Below, piece by piece: positions 52,442-64,000 of a stretch of DNA of 64,000 nt. Origin of the DNA: Chrysomallon squamiferum (Eukaryota; Animalia; Mollusca); contig CM022667.1 in NCBI GenBank assembly GCA_012295275.1, positions 1,364,001 through 1,428,000 of the forward strand. The letters are read 5' to 3'. Both the position numbers and the translations under genes were made by a program. The notes below the pieces were generated by a model. It saw only the letters and a list, made by a program, of their open reading frames with translations, was not told the origin of the DNA and made no database searches. The first letter of the stretch is position 1. Each line of letters opens with the position of its first letter.

Positions 52442-54277
52442 TTATTTTTTTTTTTTGATATTTCATTTTATTTTGTTCATTTTACCACACAAACAGACTA
52501 AACAAAACAAAACAACAAAAATTCATGTAAACATAACAATGAAAGAAAAACAACAACAACAACATCAACAAAGGCAGTAACAACTACAACCACCACCACC
52601 ACAACAAGAACAACAAACAGCAAACAACTGTAATAACAACAAGCACTAATAATAACAAAAATCGTACCATTATTATACTTCCTCATTAATTGAAAAATTT
52701 TCAAGACTCCTTTTCAAAAAGATTTCCAAGGAGCAAGAAGACTGATCATGATGACAACAGGTACTGAAATGAACTGAGCAGCAACAACACTTCCTGTCAT
52801 GTTAAAAGCCAACTTCCTGAGCAAATTAATTCTCTTCATTTATCAGAAGATGTTAGCAAAGTGCGTTATAAACTGAAATGTAGACATTTTTTTTTTTTGT
52901 ATATTTTTTTTTTTATATACATGTCTGTCTGTCCTCAGGGGGGTCAAGATTTAATTCTCGTCGTTAATGGCTGTTTGATGTGGTGGAATTAATCCATCAA
53001 TCTTGTGGATTACTGTCCTTTTACTTGCTTCTGATAACAAGGCTGTGGTTATTAGAGAGCGCTAAAGTGGTGTTTGCTGTATGGAAAGTAGTATTCCTGC
53101 CTGGAAAAAAAAATTTCAAAATTACTTTCAGACGGCATTAGTTTTGTTTTGAAGAGGAAAAACGGACGTCATGGTATGTTTACACAGTTTAAAAACTTTG
53201 TTGTTGTTGTTGTTAATGTTGTTGTTGTTGTGTTGTTGTTATTATTTTTTTTTATTGATGGTTTTTTTTCATGTTATTGTTGTCATTATTGTTTCTTATC
53301 ACTTTATTTTAAACATTTATATATTTAACTATAATTAGGTCTTCTGATGGAACTTGAAGAAATGTCTTGCAATTTTTATATTTTTTTTATTATTGTTTTA
53401 TTTTTTTGGGGGGGCTTTATTTTACTTTCCCAAAGTATAATTTATCATAGGTGACATAATTTGTATTTAAAATTTTGCAGTTTCTCATATGCCTTGCACA
53501 GGTTTTCTTATTAAATTGATCGTTTAATCACAAATAAATAATACTGTATATAATTACAATACTTGCAGAGAAATGGAAGTATCACCTTTGACACAATAAT
53601 AATTATAAAGTATACCAATATTTTAGAAAATTTTAAATTACAGTTTTAAAATAATTTTTGCCTTGAAAACAAATTAATGTGCATCATACTCCATTTTTGA
53701 ATGATATTTAAAATGGAGTTTTATTTGTCAGTTGTTCCAAATGTGGTTTATTTAAAAATACAAAATAAAACTTGTTTTTAAAACTGTCAGCAGTGTGAAT
53801 TATATTTATGTGTTTATTTATTTTTATTTATTTTTTTATTTATTTATTTATTTTTTTTATTTTTTATTTTTGTATTTATTTAAGTTTTTAATAGTAAGCA
53901 GTTTTATAAATTTAAATATCTCTTCTTCTGCCCCCTTTCCACCTTTTTCGCTCATATAACATACAGATGATATTTATCAGACATTTTAACAGATATGTTT
54001 TATTATAATAATCAGGTTTTTTTTCATTACGTTTATTATTTATTTATTTATTTATTTAAAAAATAATAAATATTCATTAACGTGGGCAAAAATGTACTGA
54101 TGGTAGATAAAGAACGTACATTAGTGACATCTGTTCACAATAGGGGTCACTAGTGACAGTAATTCTAGTTAAAATCTCATATTGGTGAGGCATGTGGAGT
54201 GTAATGGTGTTAATTGGTATGTCTATTTTTACATATCCTGATTTACACATTGTACGGTTTCCTCTCTGTCAGTTTTA

Positions 54278-54502
54278 ATGTGTGTGTGTGTGTGTGTGTT
54301 GTTGGAAAGTGGATGGAAGGATGAATGGAAGAAGTGGTGTTGTTTTATTGCAGGATGCAAACAGAATGGGTGCATGTGTTAGTGTGTGTGTGTCTGAGTG
54401 CATGTTTGTCTGTCTGTCTGTGTGTGTGTGTGTGTGTGTGTCTGTGTCTGAGTGCATGTTTGTCTGTCTGTCTGTGTCTGTGTGTGTGTGTGTGTGTCTG
54501 AG

Positions 54503-54533
<31 letters not shown>

Positions 54534-54570
54534 TTGAGTGCATGTTTGTCTGTCCTCTGTGTGTGTGTGT

Positions 54571-54611
<41 letters not shown>

Positions 54612-55140
54612 TGAGTGCATGTTTGTCTGTTTGTGTGTGTGTGTGTGTGTGTTAGTGTATGTTTTATGTCTGTCTGTGGTTGTGTGTTGATGTGTGTGTG
54701 TGTTTGTTTGCATGTATGTGAATGTTTATGTATATGTGTGTGTTTGTGTGTATCTGCATTTGTATGTATGTATGTATGTTTGTGTCTGTGTGTGTATCTA
54801 TTTGTATGTGTGTGTATGTGTGTATGTGAATGGAGGTGTATGTATGTTTGGGTGTTTGTGTATATGTCTGCGTGTATGTGTGTTTTTGAGGTGGTGTTTG
54901 TGTGGATGTATAAGTATGTGTGTATATTTATATGTATCTATTTGTGTACGTGTGTATATGTGTAAATGATGGTTTGTGTATGTGTCTATGAACGTATGCA
55001 TTTTTGAGGGTGTGTGTGTGTTTGTTTGTGTATGTAAGAGAGTACATGTATGTATATGTATATGTTTGTGTTTGTGTAAATGAAGGTATTTTGTGTCTGA
55101 GCACATATTTTGTCACAAATGTGCATGAATGTTTGTGTGC
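54278..55140. repeat. (TG)-rich tract with embedded CTGAGTGCATGTTTGTCTGT units
   Basis: Five TGAGTGCATGTTTGTCTGT cores separated by variable (GT)n lie at about 54393-54630, followed by degenerate TG/TATG. Confidence 0.9.
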
Positions 55141-55361
55141 GGATGGTTGGACAAAAATCAAGAAATAAAATAATTTTATTAATTATTTCAGATAATACAA
55201 TATCAATAAATCACTACTAACATTATCACATAGTTTTTAAATATTTACAGTTTAAACACTTTTATACTATGTACATACATAACACACACACAGACAGATA
55301 ATACAACTATAAAAATACACATCATTTATACAGACATACAAAAATACCTTAATATACATAC

Positions 55362-55424
<63 letters not shown>

Positions 55425-57199
55425 CTGTCTTTTTTATCATCCTGTGTTTGTTCTATTTCCTTTCTGTTTTTACCCAGCACAAAGTGGATATATATAAATG
55501 TGTGTATATATATTTAAAACAATAGACTATATATATATATAGAGTCTATTGTTTTAAATATATAGAGCATGGCATTTATATCGACAGACATACAAATATA
55601 ACGTGTATGAATGGAGAATAATAATGAATTATAAGAATTGATGTCTGTATTGATGGATGGACTTTTGTATTGATGGATGGGTGAATGGGCAATCAAATTG
55701 ATTTATATGAACTATTATCTGTATTAAAGTATATACAAATATATCAGATGGATTTTTTCAGTTTTTTTTTTCTTTTGTTTTTTTCAGTTTTTTTTTTCTT
55801 TAGTTTTTTTCAGTTTTGTACTTTATGTTATAATCTCTTTATGTTTTGGGGGTTTTTTTTAATGGTTTTTTTTCAATTTTTTTTTTAATGGTCCAAAATA
55901 TACATTTTTTTTTTGTAATCATTATTATCATTATGAATAAGCATAGTGCTTTTCAAAATGTCAAGAATAAGAAATATTTTCTTAAAATCTAAAGTGTTGT
56001 TTATATTATTTAAATATTTATATGGCAAATAGCTGCTGACTGTTATTATGAAAGAAATACCAAACGTTTGACATGAAAAACTGGATAATACAGAGAAAAA
56101 ACAACAACTTAATATTATTAGTTTTATGAATTTTTTTTTTTTAAATTTGTTAAAGTGATATTATAATTATATGCATTTTATCAATAATGAGAAAAGTGTT
56201 GCTAACAATATATCTCTCTTTTATGTCCCTTATAAACCTTACGACAAAAGGAATTATTTCCCATGTCAAGTTCTGGTATTAAAATGGACATTAAAATGCT
56301 GTTTGTGTTTAAATTTATCCACTTTTATTGCCTTCTGTTCATGCACAGTATCTATTTCTGTGTTTGCGAACTTTCTCTTTCATGGTAACATCATGCACAC
56401 ACATATATTAAACTGTTTATGCTTACTATTCCTTTTTATCTTCTTCTTTTTTTTTTTTTTTTTTGTTCTTTTAAAGATCGTTATTTCAGCTGCATTGTAT
56501 TTTGTGCAGAAAGAAAGAAGCATCTATTGTAATCTGTGAGTTCTGTTTTATCAAATTAATCAATCAGTTGGTTTGTTAGTCTTTTGAAATGAGTTTATAA
56601 TCTTGTAAAGAACAGGTAACTTGTCTTGGGCAAAAAAACTCCAAAAGCATGGATTTGTAATTTAATCTGTATTCTTATACTTCTGTTTTATTCATTCATT
56701 CATTTATCTGGCCATTCATTCATTCATTGATTTGTTCATTCATTAATTAATTCATTCATTCATTCAATGAAATAGTCAAAGCTTTTGTTTCAAAATGAGA
56801 AATTTGAATTTGAATTAAACTTTTAGCAGTCCTTTCATTCTTCCATTTATCCTTGAATAATGAGTAAAATTTAAAATAATTTTTAATTATTAAATATTTA
56901 TTTGTAATTTTGTTATTACATCTATTATTATTATCATCATCATTATTATTATTGCTGTTGTTGTTATTGTTATTATTATTATTATTATTATTATGACTAT
57001 CAGTAGTAGTAGTAATAGTAGTAGTATCAGTAGTAGTAGTAGTAATAGTAGTAGTATCAGTAGTAGTAGTACTAATAGTAGTAGTATAGTAGTAGTAGTA
57101 GTAGTATCATCATCATAATCATCATTATCTTATTACTGTTCTTATCATCATTTTCATTTTCATCATTATTATTATTATTATTATTATTATATTGTTTTA

Positions 57200-57938
57200 A
57201 ATTCTCATCACGATTCATATTAAAACGTGATCTTAATTTTAGATTATCTCTGCTTTTTCCCCTCGAGTTTTTCTGGCCTGACAAGTATGATATACTGACC
57301 ACAATTCTCGCCCATTATCGCCAGCGACAGTAGGATTTACAACTTATTACCACTTGATCCACCACTCTGCTTTCATATTGACAAATCTCTTACCAGCCTT
57401 TGGTATCATCTCTTAATTATTTTATATGGGAGTGTAGGCTGTGTTCTGTGATTAACTTTCGAAGAAAGGAGTGCTTGCTCGACATTTGTCCAGTAAAAAT
57501 GAACTGGTTGGTTGGTTGGCTGAATGAGTGTGTGTGTCAAAAGCTGGTCCGATGTATGAGTTGGTCCAGTGTATGGGGTGATTCAATGGCAAGGACTAGC
57601 CTGAAGTGTGGATGTATGAGTTCCATTATGAACTGAAAAAAAAAAATCCAGTGTCCAAACTAGACCAGTGTCTCTCGTGTGTAAAAAAAAAAAAACGGGT
57701 CAAAACTTTTTTTTATTTTGCGTGTGTTGTCCGAAAAGATTGATTTGTGATTTTTGTGATTGGATGGCAGCGAATCTGGGTTGTCAGGTTTTGCTGGGAC
57801 ATCTATCAGCCTGAGTTTTGGGGGTTTTTGTGTGTGTGAAATCTTCCTGAACTTGAGCTGTTTTTAGGTCCAGTCAAACAGATCGGATTAAGTGACAAAA
57901 GTTCCTGATTTTAACTGACAGGTGGAGAAGTTATTGTT
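57200..57938 (+). other. Candidate promoter and first non-coding exon
   Basis: A unique GC/CpG-richer island of about 740 bp lies between two trinucleotide tracts and ends at GTAAGT (57939-57944). No recognisable protein is encoded. Confidence 0.3.
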
Positions 57939-57959
57939 GTAAGTCACAAACTTTTACAA

Positions 57960-57987
57960 TTAATTATCATTTTAATTATCATTATTA

Positions 57988-58053
<66 letters not shown>

Positions 58054-58485
58054 TATTATTATTATTATTACTGTTGTTGTTGTTACATTATTAATTTTGA
58101 TTTGATTATTACAAATATTATAATTATTTTTTTATTATTTTTGTTATTACATCATTACTATTATTATTATTTTTACAGTTATTATTATTGTTCTTGTAGC
58201 TATTATTATTATTATTAATTATTGTTGTTGTTATTATTATTATATTATTATATCATTACTATTATCATTATCATCATTATTATCATTAGTATTATCATCA
58301 TCATTATTATTATTGTTATTATAGTTATTATTACTATTATTAATTATTTTTATTGCTATTGTTATTATATTATTATTATATCATTACTTTTTAAATCATT
58401 ACTAATATCATCATCATCATTGTTATTATTACATCATTAGTATTATCATTATCATTATCATCTTCATCATTGTTATTATTTTTTA
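57960..58485. repeat. Degenerate (TAT)/(CAT)/(TGT) trinucleotide tract; a similar tract lies at 56920-57195
   Basis: Read directly from the sequence. Confidence 0.88.
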
Positions 58486-59042
58486 TTAATAGAGTAATAA
58501 TAAAAAAAACCTGTTAGAAAACACAAAACAACAAAGACTACAAATGTATAATCTGATTTAAAGGTGCCTTTTATAAAAAAAAAAAAAATCATAAAAAATA
58601 ACATTTTTTTATCTTCTCTAAAGACTTAATCCTCTTTATTTTTTTTCTTCTTTCTGGTTTTCATTATAATTTCATATCTTTTGGTTCAGATTTTCTTCAA
58701 ATTTAAGATTTTTTTATTTCTTTCTATTTTTTATTTTAATTATTAAACATCTTTTGTTTCTGGTTTTTATTTTAATTGAGAATCTTATTTTTTTTTTTTT
58801 TTCTTCATCTGGCTTATTAACAATCTCCTTGTTAATATTTTTTAACTCCTGGGATTTTTTATTTAATCTGTGTGTTCAAAATAATCTCCAACCACCTGCT
58901 GTCAAAGCTTAACCAGAAGCTGTTGTTGAGAAAACACTCTAGTTCCAGAACAAATTTAAAATGATTTAAGTACTCGTGTTCTCTGACTGAAATCTGCATT
59001 TTTAATTTTACATTTTTAGTTTGAATCATTAATTTTTGGCTC

Positions 59043-59800
59043 ATTAATATTTAACATTACACTTACTAATAGTACAGTCTGTACTTTTTAATATTTGAAA
59101 ATCTTCAGTACGAATCATTAATTTATTTACTTAATAATATTTAACATTACACTTACTAATAGTATACACTATATTTACTAAAATTTGAAACTATTTACCA
59201 ATATTTAAAATTACTAATAGTACATACTACACTTATTAATATTTGAAACTTCTTACTAATATTTAACATTATACTAACTAATAGTACACTTATTAATTTT
59301 TGAAACTATTTACTAATATTTAACATTTTACTTACTAATAATACACACTATACTTATCAATATTTGAAACTATTTACTAATATTTAACATTATACTAACT
59401 AAAAGTGCACACTATACTTATCAATATTTGAAACTATTTACTAATATTTAACATTAAACTTAGTAATAGTACACACTACACTTATTAATATTTGAAACTA
59501 TTCACTAATATTTAACATTTTACTTACTAAAAGTACACACTACACTTATTAATATTTGAAACTATTCACTAATATTTAACATTATACTAACTAAAAGTAC
59601 ACACTACACTTATTAATACTTGAAACAATTTACTATACTTACTAATACTTCACACTATGCTTAGTCAACTATGACACCATACTTACTAATATTTGACTTC
59701 ATACTTACTAATATTTGACAGTTACTGATATTTTGATACTCCTTAAACAACACTTCACTTACTAATTGTTTGCACTATGCTTAATATTTGACATTTTACT
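59043..59800. repeat. Satellite with a 64-bp higher-order unit built from three subunits of about 21 bp
   Basis: ACACACTACACTTATTAATATTTGAAACTATTCACTAATATTTAACATT starts at 59471 and 59535 (period 64). It decays to monomers ACTTACTAATATTTGAC after about 59640. Confidence 0.9.
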
Positions 59801-59811
59801 TATAATATTTT

Positions 59812-60260
59812 ATATAATTGTTTTCCATTTATTATACATTACAAGTTTTCATTTCACTGTTTTCCATTTATTATACATTACAAGTTTTCATTTCACTGTT
59901 TTCCATTTATTATACATTACAAGTTTTTGTATCACTGTTTTCCATTTATTATACATTATAAGTTTTTAAGTTTTTCTATTTTATTATACAAGTTTTTATA
60001 TCATTGTTTTCCATTTATTGTTCATTACAAGTTTTTATAATCACTGGTTTCCATTTATTATACATTGCAAATTTTTATAATCACTGTTTTCCATTTATTA
60101 TACATTACTAGTTTTTAAGTTTTTCTATTTATTATACATTACAAGTTTGTATATCACTATTTTCCATTTATTATACATTATGAATGTTAATATTATAGTT
60201 TTATATATCGTTTTTCAATTTATCATACAAGTTTTTATGTTACTGTTTTCCACTATATAT
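59812..60260. repeat. 39-bp minisatellite TGTTTTCCATTTATTATACATTACAAGTTTTCATTTCAC
   Basis: TTTTCCATTT occurs at 59821 and 59860 (period 39), with about 11 variant copies. It explains the VFHLLYITSF repeat ORF. Confidence 0.92.
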
Positions 60261-60543
60261 TTTATTACGTTCTTCCAAAAGAGTAGTTTAATTGTGTTTG
60301 ATAGGTAGGTGATATTTATATCTGATTACAAACAAAACTAGCCAGTTAGGAAGTCATTGTCTATTTTGTTTGATAAATATTGAATCACATTTATTATATC
60401 TATTCTGCTTTTGAAGCTGTCTTTTTGTTGATATTATTGATCTGATTTTGAAAACAGAAGTTTTATCAAAAGTGTTCAATAAAAAAAAACACAGATGAAA
60501 CTCTATCCATTTATTGAAATCTAATATATATTTTTTAACATTT

Positions 60544-60587
<44 letters not shown>

Positions 60588-61469
60588 TTAAAAGATCTCT
60601 CAATAACCATTAATATTTATTGTGAAAATAGTAGTAAGTTAGATTGTATTTGTTTCATGTTAACACATCTTGGAATTATAATTCAGGTTTTTTTTGTTTT
60701 TTTTTTAATCAACCATAAAAAAATCCCTTTAATTAAAATTCAAAATATTATATATAAAAATAATTTTAAAATACCATAAATACACGGATATAAAAAAGTA
60801 AATATTTAAAGTTCAGAATAAAACCATCCTCAAAAATATTTCAAAAATCCATTTAATTAACAATTTAAATTATTATAACAAGAAAAAAAAAAAAAAAAAT
60901 CGAGATTTTTGAAATTCAAAATCCACCCCCAACCTCTAAAATATTTTAAAAATCTCTTTCACAATCTTTTTTTTTAGAAAAGTCTGTTTAACTGAAATAA
61001 AGTCTTTTGTTCAACACAATAACTCAGGGTGTGACTTAAAACAGAGATAACTGTAAGTGATAACGTATAAAAATCTATTTTTGCATCAACATTTTCTATA
61101 CATAATGACAGCAGAATATTTAAAAACGACACATGGTGCATTCCTAATCTTTGTATATATAATGGGTGATTGTTGCTTATCTTCGTAACTGCTGTGTCAG
61201 GGTGTATTGTAAAGGATGAGACTATAAGTGATAACACACAAAGCTTGTTATGTATTGATAGTCATTTTATGCTAGAATGATCAGGATGTAATGCTAAGGG
61301 TATGGTAAGTAGTTAAAGGTATGCACCAGCTACACGCACTCTGATATAGATATGTGTGTGTGCGTGTGTGTGTGTGTATATATATATAAATGGAGATATA
61401 CATACAAAAATATACACACTATTTCACACTAATACACTGAACAAAATATCTGAAATATGCATAGAGACA

Positions 61470-62011
61470 TACAGATATACATGCATAGATATGCACATAC
61501 TTACAGATATGTATACACACACACACTCAGACCCATGGATAAACACATAATGACAAACACTATGATACACACATAGACTTGTAGTCAAATACAAGCATTC
61601 ATACACATATACATACACACAGTACAGATGCACACTTTTATACTTTTACACACAGACAAGCAGATACAAGGATACAGTTTACAGAAGGTATGCATCAGAT
61701 ACATACACACACACACACTAGTACATATACCCAAACACACACACACTTGCACACATACACACACACATAGCACATATACACAAACACACACACACTTGCA
61801 CATATACACAAATACATACACACACACACACACACTAGCACACACACAATCACACACACACACACAGACACACAAACACACCACAGACACACAACCACAC
61901 ACAAACACACCACAGACACAAACACACACACAGACACAAACACACACAAACACACACACACAGACACAAACACACACAAACACACACACAAACACACACA
62001 CACACACACAC
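61470..62011. repeat. (CA)-rich low-complexity tract
   Basis: Read directly from the sequence. Confidence 0.9.
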
Positions 62012-62638
62012 TGTAAGACTACCAGTGTAAACACAGATTCTAACAGGCTGCAGTTTTTGCCGTGTTTGTAATTTCTAAGTGACTTGTCAGATAAGAATGT
62101 TTGAATACCTCTCATCACCGGTCTCTCAAACAGCAGTTACAACCAACACATTACCACCCAGCACTGAAAAAAATATATCTTACAGCATTAATACCACTGC
62201 TGATCAACACAACTGATAAATCTATTCCTTATTATACAAACATACAATGGATACATTACGTTAAGTTATTGAAGATAAGTTACGTGTAGTCACTGATATA
62301 GATTTTATTTCATTGTTGTTATTATGTATATGTTACATTATGTCATTATATATTACAGGTATAGTATTACTGTGTTTTGTATATAAATATATAATAATAA
62401 TAATAATTATTATTATTATTATTATTATCACAAATATATCAGATGAAATCATTTTTATAGATGTATTAAGTTATTATTAGTGATCTGTTACATTATGTTT
62501 TATTATTATTACATGTATTACTTCAAGTTATTATTCAAGTAATTACAGCAAGTATATTACACTGAGTCAGTAATACAGAAGTGTTACATGATAGTGAGAC
62601 AGATATAGACAGATAGACAAATAGACAGACAGACAGAC

Positions 62639-63020
62639 AGACAGGTAGATAGATATAGATTAATAGACTGATTAATGGTTAAACTATGAATTTTTTAAAT
62701 TATTATTCATCCTTGAATTATAAAATATAAACATGTATAATAAAAAGGTCTTTGTGTACATATATGCATACACACACACAGACATGCATTCAGACATATA
62801 GACATACATATATACATACATGTACACACACACACTTACATACATACATAGAGACAGGTAGATAAATATAGATTAATAGACTGATTAATGATTAAACTAT
62901 GAATTTTTTTATTATTCATCCTTGAATTATAAAATATAAACGTATAATAAAAAGGTTTTTGAGTACATACATACACACATCAGACATGCATTCAGACATA
63001 TAGACATACATATATACACA
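62639..63020. repeat. Tandem duplication, period about 213 bp
   Basis: ACAGGTAGATA.ATATAGATTAATAGACTGATTAATG...CAGACATGCATTCAGACATATAGACATACA starts at 62641 and again at 62854. Confidence 0.9.
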
Positions 63021-63024
63021 CAAA

Positions 63025-63059
<35 letters not shown>

Positions 63060-63167
63060 ATATATACATACACACACATACACTTACATACATATATACA
63101 TACAGACATGCATACATACAGACATACATACAGACACATACACAGACACATATGTTACATATATATG

Positions 63168-63200
<33 letters not shown>

Positions 63201-63207
63201 GTATATG

Positions 63208-63250
<43 letters not shown>

Positions 63251-63275
63251 GTATATGTATATGTATATATATATA

Positions 63276-63316
<41 letters not shown>

Positions 63317-63335
63317 ATATATCAATATATACACA
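63025..63335. repeat. (CA)n, (TA)n and (TATATG)n microsatellites
   Basis: Read directly from the sequence. Confidence 0.93.
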
Positions 63336-63363
63336 CTCCAATGAAATTTAAATTTTTCTTCAG

Positions 63364-63635
63364 AACCGCGTACAGTGACCACCCTCCTCCAATCCCTGTG
63401 ATGTTGATGAGTGATTAAGTAAAATGTGTCTGCTGACACACGCTGGCAACTACAACAGCCCCAAGTGACTGAGCACACTAGCACACTTTTTGAAATCTGT
63501 TCTTTAGTATCCATCCATCGGTGGTTACATGCAAGCCACAGATATCATATAATGGTGTAATCGCCGGGCAGCACTGACTTGGAATTTTGGGATAGGATGT
63601 CCTCGTACTAAAATGCAGAACTGATTTTCATGAAG
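63364..63635 (+). other. Candidate spliced exon (272 nt, mostly non-coding) of a downstream plus-strand gene
   Basis: A GC-richer unique block is bounded exactly by a strong acceptor (AATTTTTCTTCAG|) and a consensus donor (AAG|GTGAGT). It has stops in all three frames, with ATGAAG immediately before the donor. Confidence 0.5.
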
Positions 63636-64000
63636 GTGAGTGGATAGAGAGGAACAGAAATGGGTTGCTGTGTGGGTGGTATTTGTTTGTTTGTTTGTTT
63701 AGTTGTTTGTTTATTTATTTATTTATTTGTTTAATTATTGGTGGGGTTGTTTGAAGAAGATATTATTTTATTGAATGTGGTGAATGTTTGGAAAATTTTC
63801 ATGGTTTTTTTTTTAAAGTATTTTAATATTATTACCAGACTGTTTTTTTTTTTGTTTTTTTTTTTAAATGTTTTTAAAATTTGTTTTAATTTTATTTTAT
63901 TATTATTTTTATTTTTTTACAAAGATTGTATTGTTAATATTTTTGAATCATGTGTTTAACATATGTTTTATTTGTTTTTAAATTTGAATACTTTGTGTTT

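Noticed and set aside
59043-60260. Regularly spaced repeats as a possible CRISPR array, also 48225-48571 and 54393-54630
   Set aside because: The context is eukaryotic, the units are tandem without unique spacers, and there are no cas genes.

Overview
This is strongly AT-rich, microsatellite-laden animal genomic DNA, probably molluscan (inferred from MetaSINE-like repeats and intron style). It is not prokaryotic, and nearly all ORFs in the supplied track are repeat artefacts. Two spliced protein-coding genes sit head-to-head with start codons about 7.4 kb apart. (1) Minus strand: the first six coding exons of a stimulatory G-protein alpha subunit (GNAS/G-alpha-s orthologue), from ATG 33893 down to 206, 179 codons in the window, continuing past the left edge, with three 8.6-12.3 kb introns. 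(2) Plus strand: a complete 7-exon U6 snRNA phosphodiesterase USB1 (41313-45645, 299 aa, both 2H motifs intact). The right third holds satellites, local duplications and probably the non-coding 5' exons of a third plus-strand gene. The most interesting observations are five perfect MEF2 sites in the G-alpha-s introns, a candidate 9-nt microexon at the position of vertebrate GNAS exon 3, a candidate upstream alternative first exon, a complete pogo/Tigger-type MITE, and a fragment resembling the mammalian Tigger4 terminus. I found no convincing evidence for a wholly new biological system; the speculative items are labelled as such.
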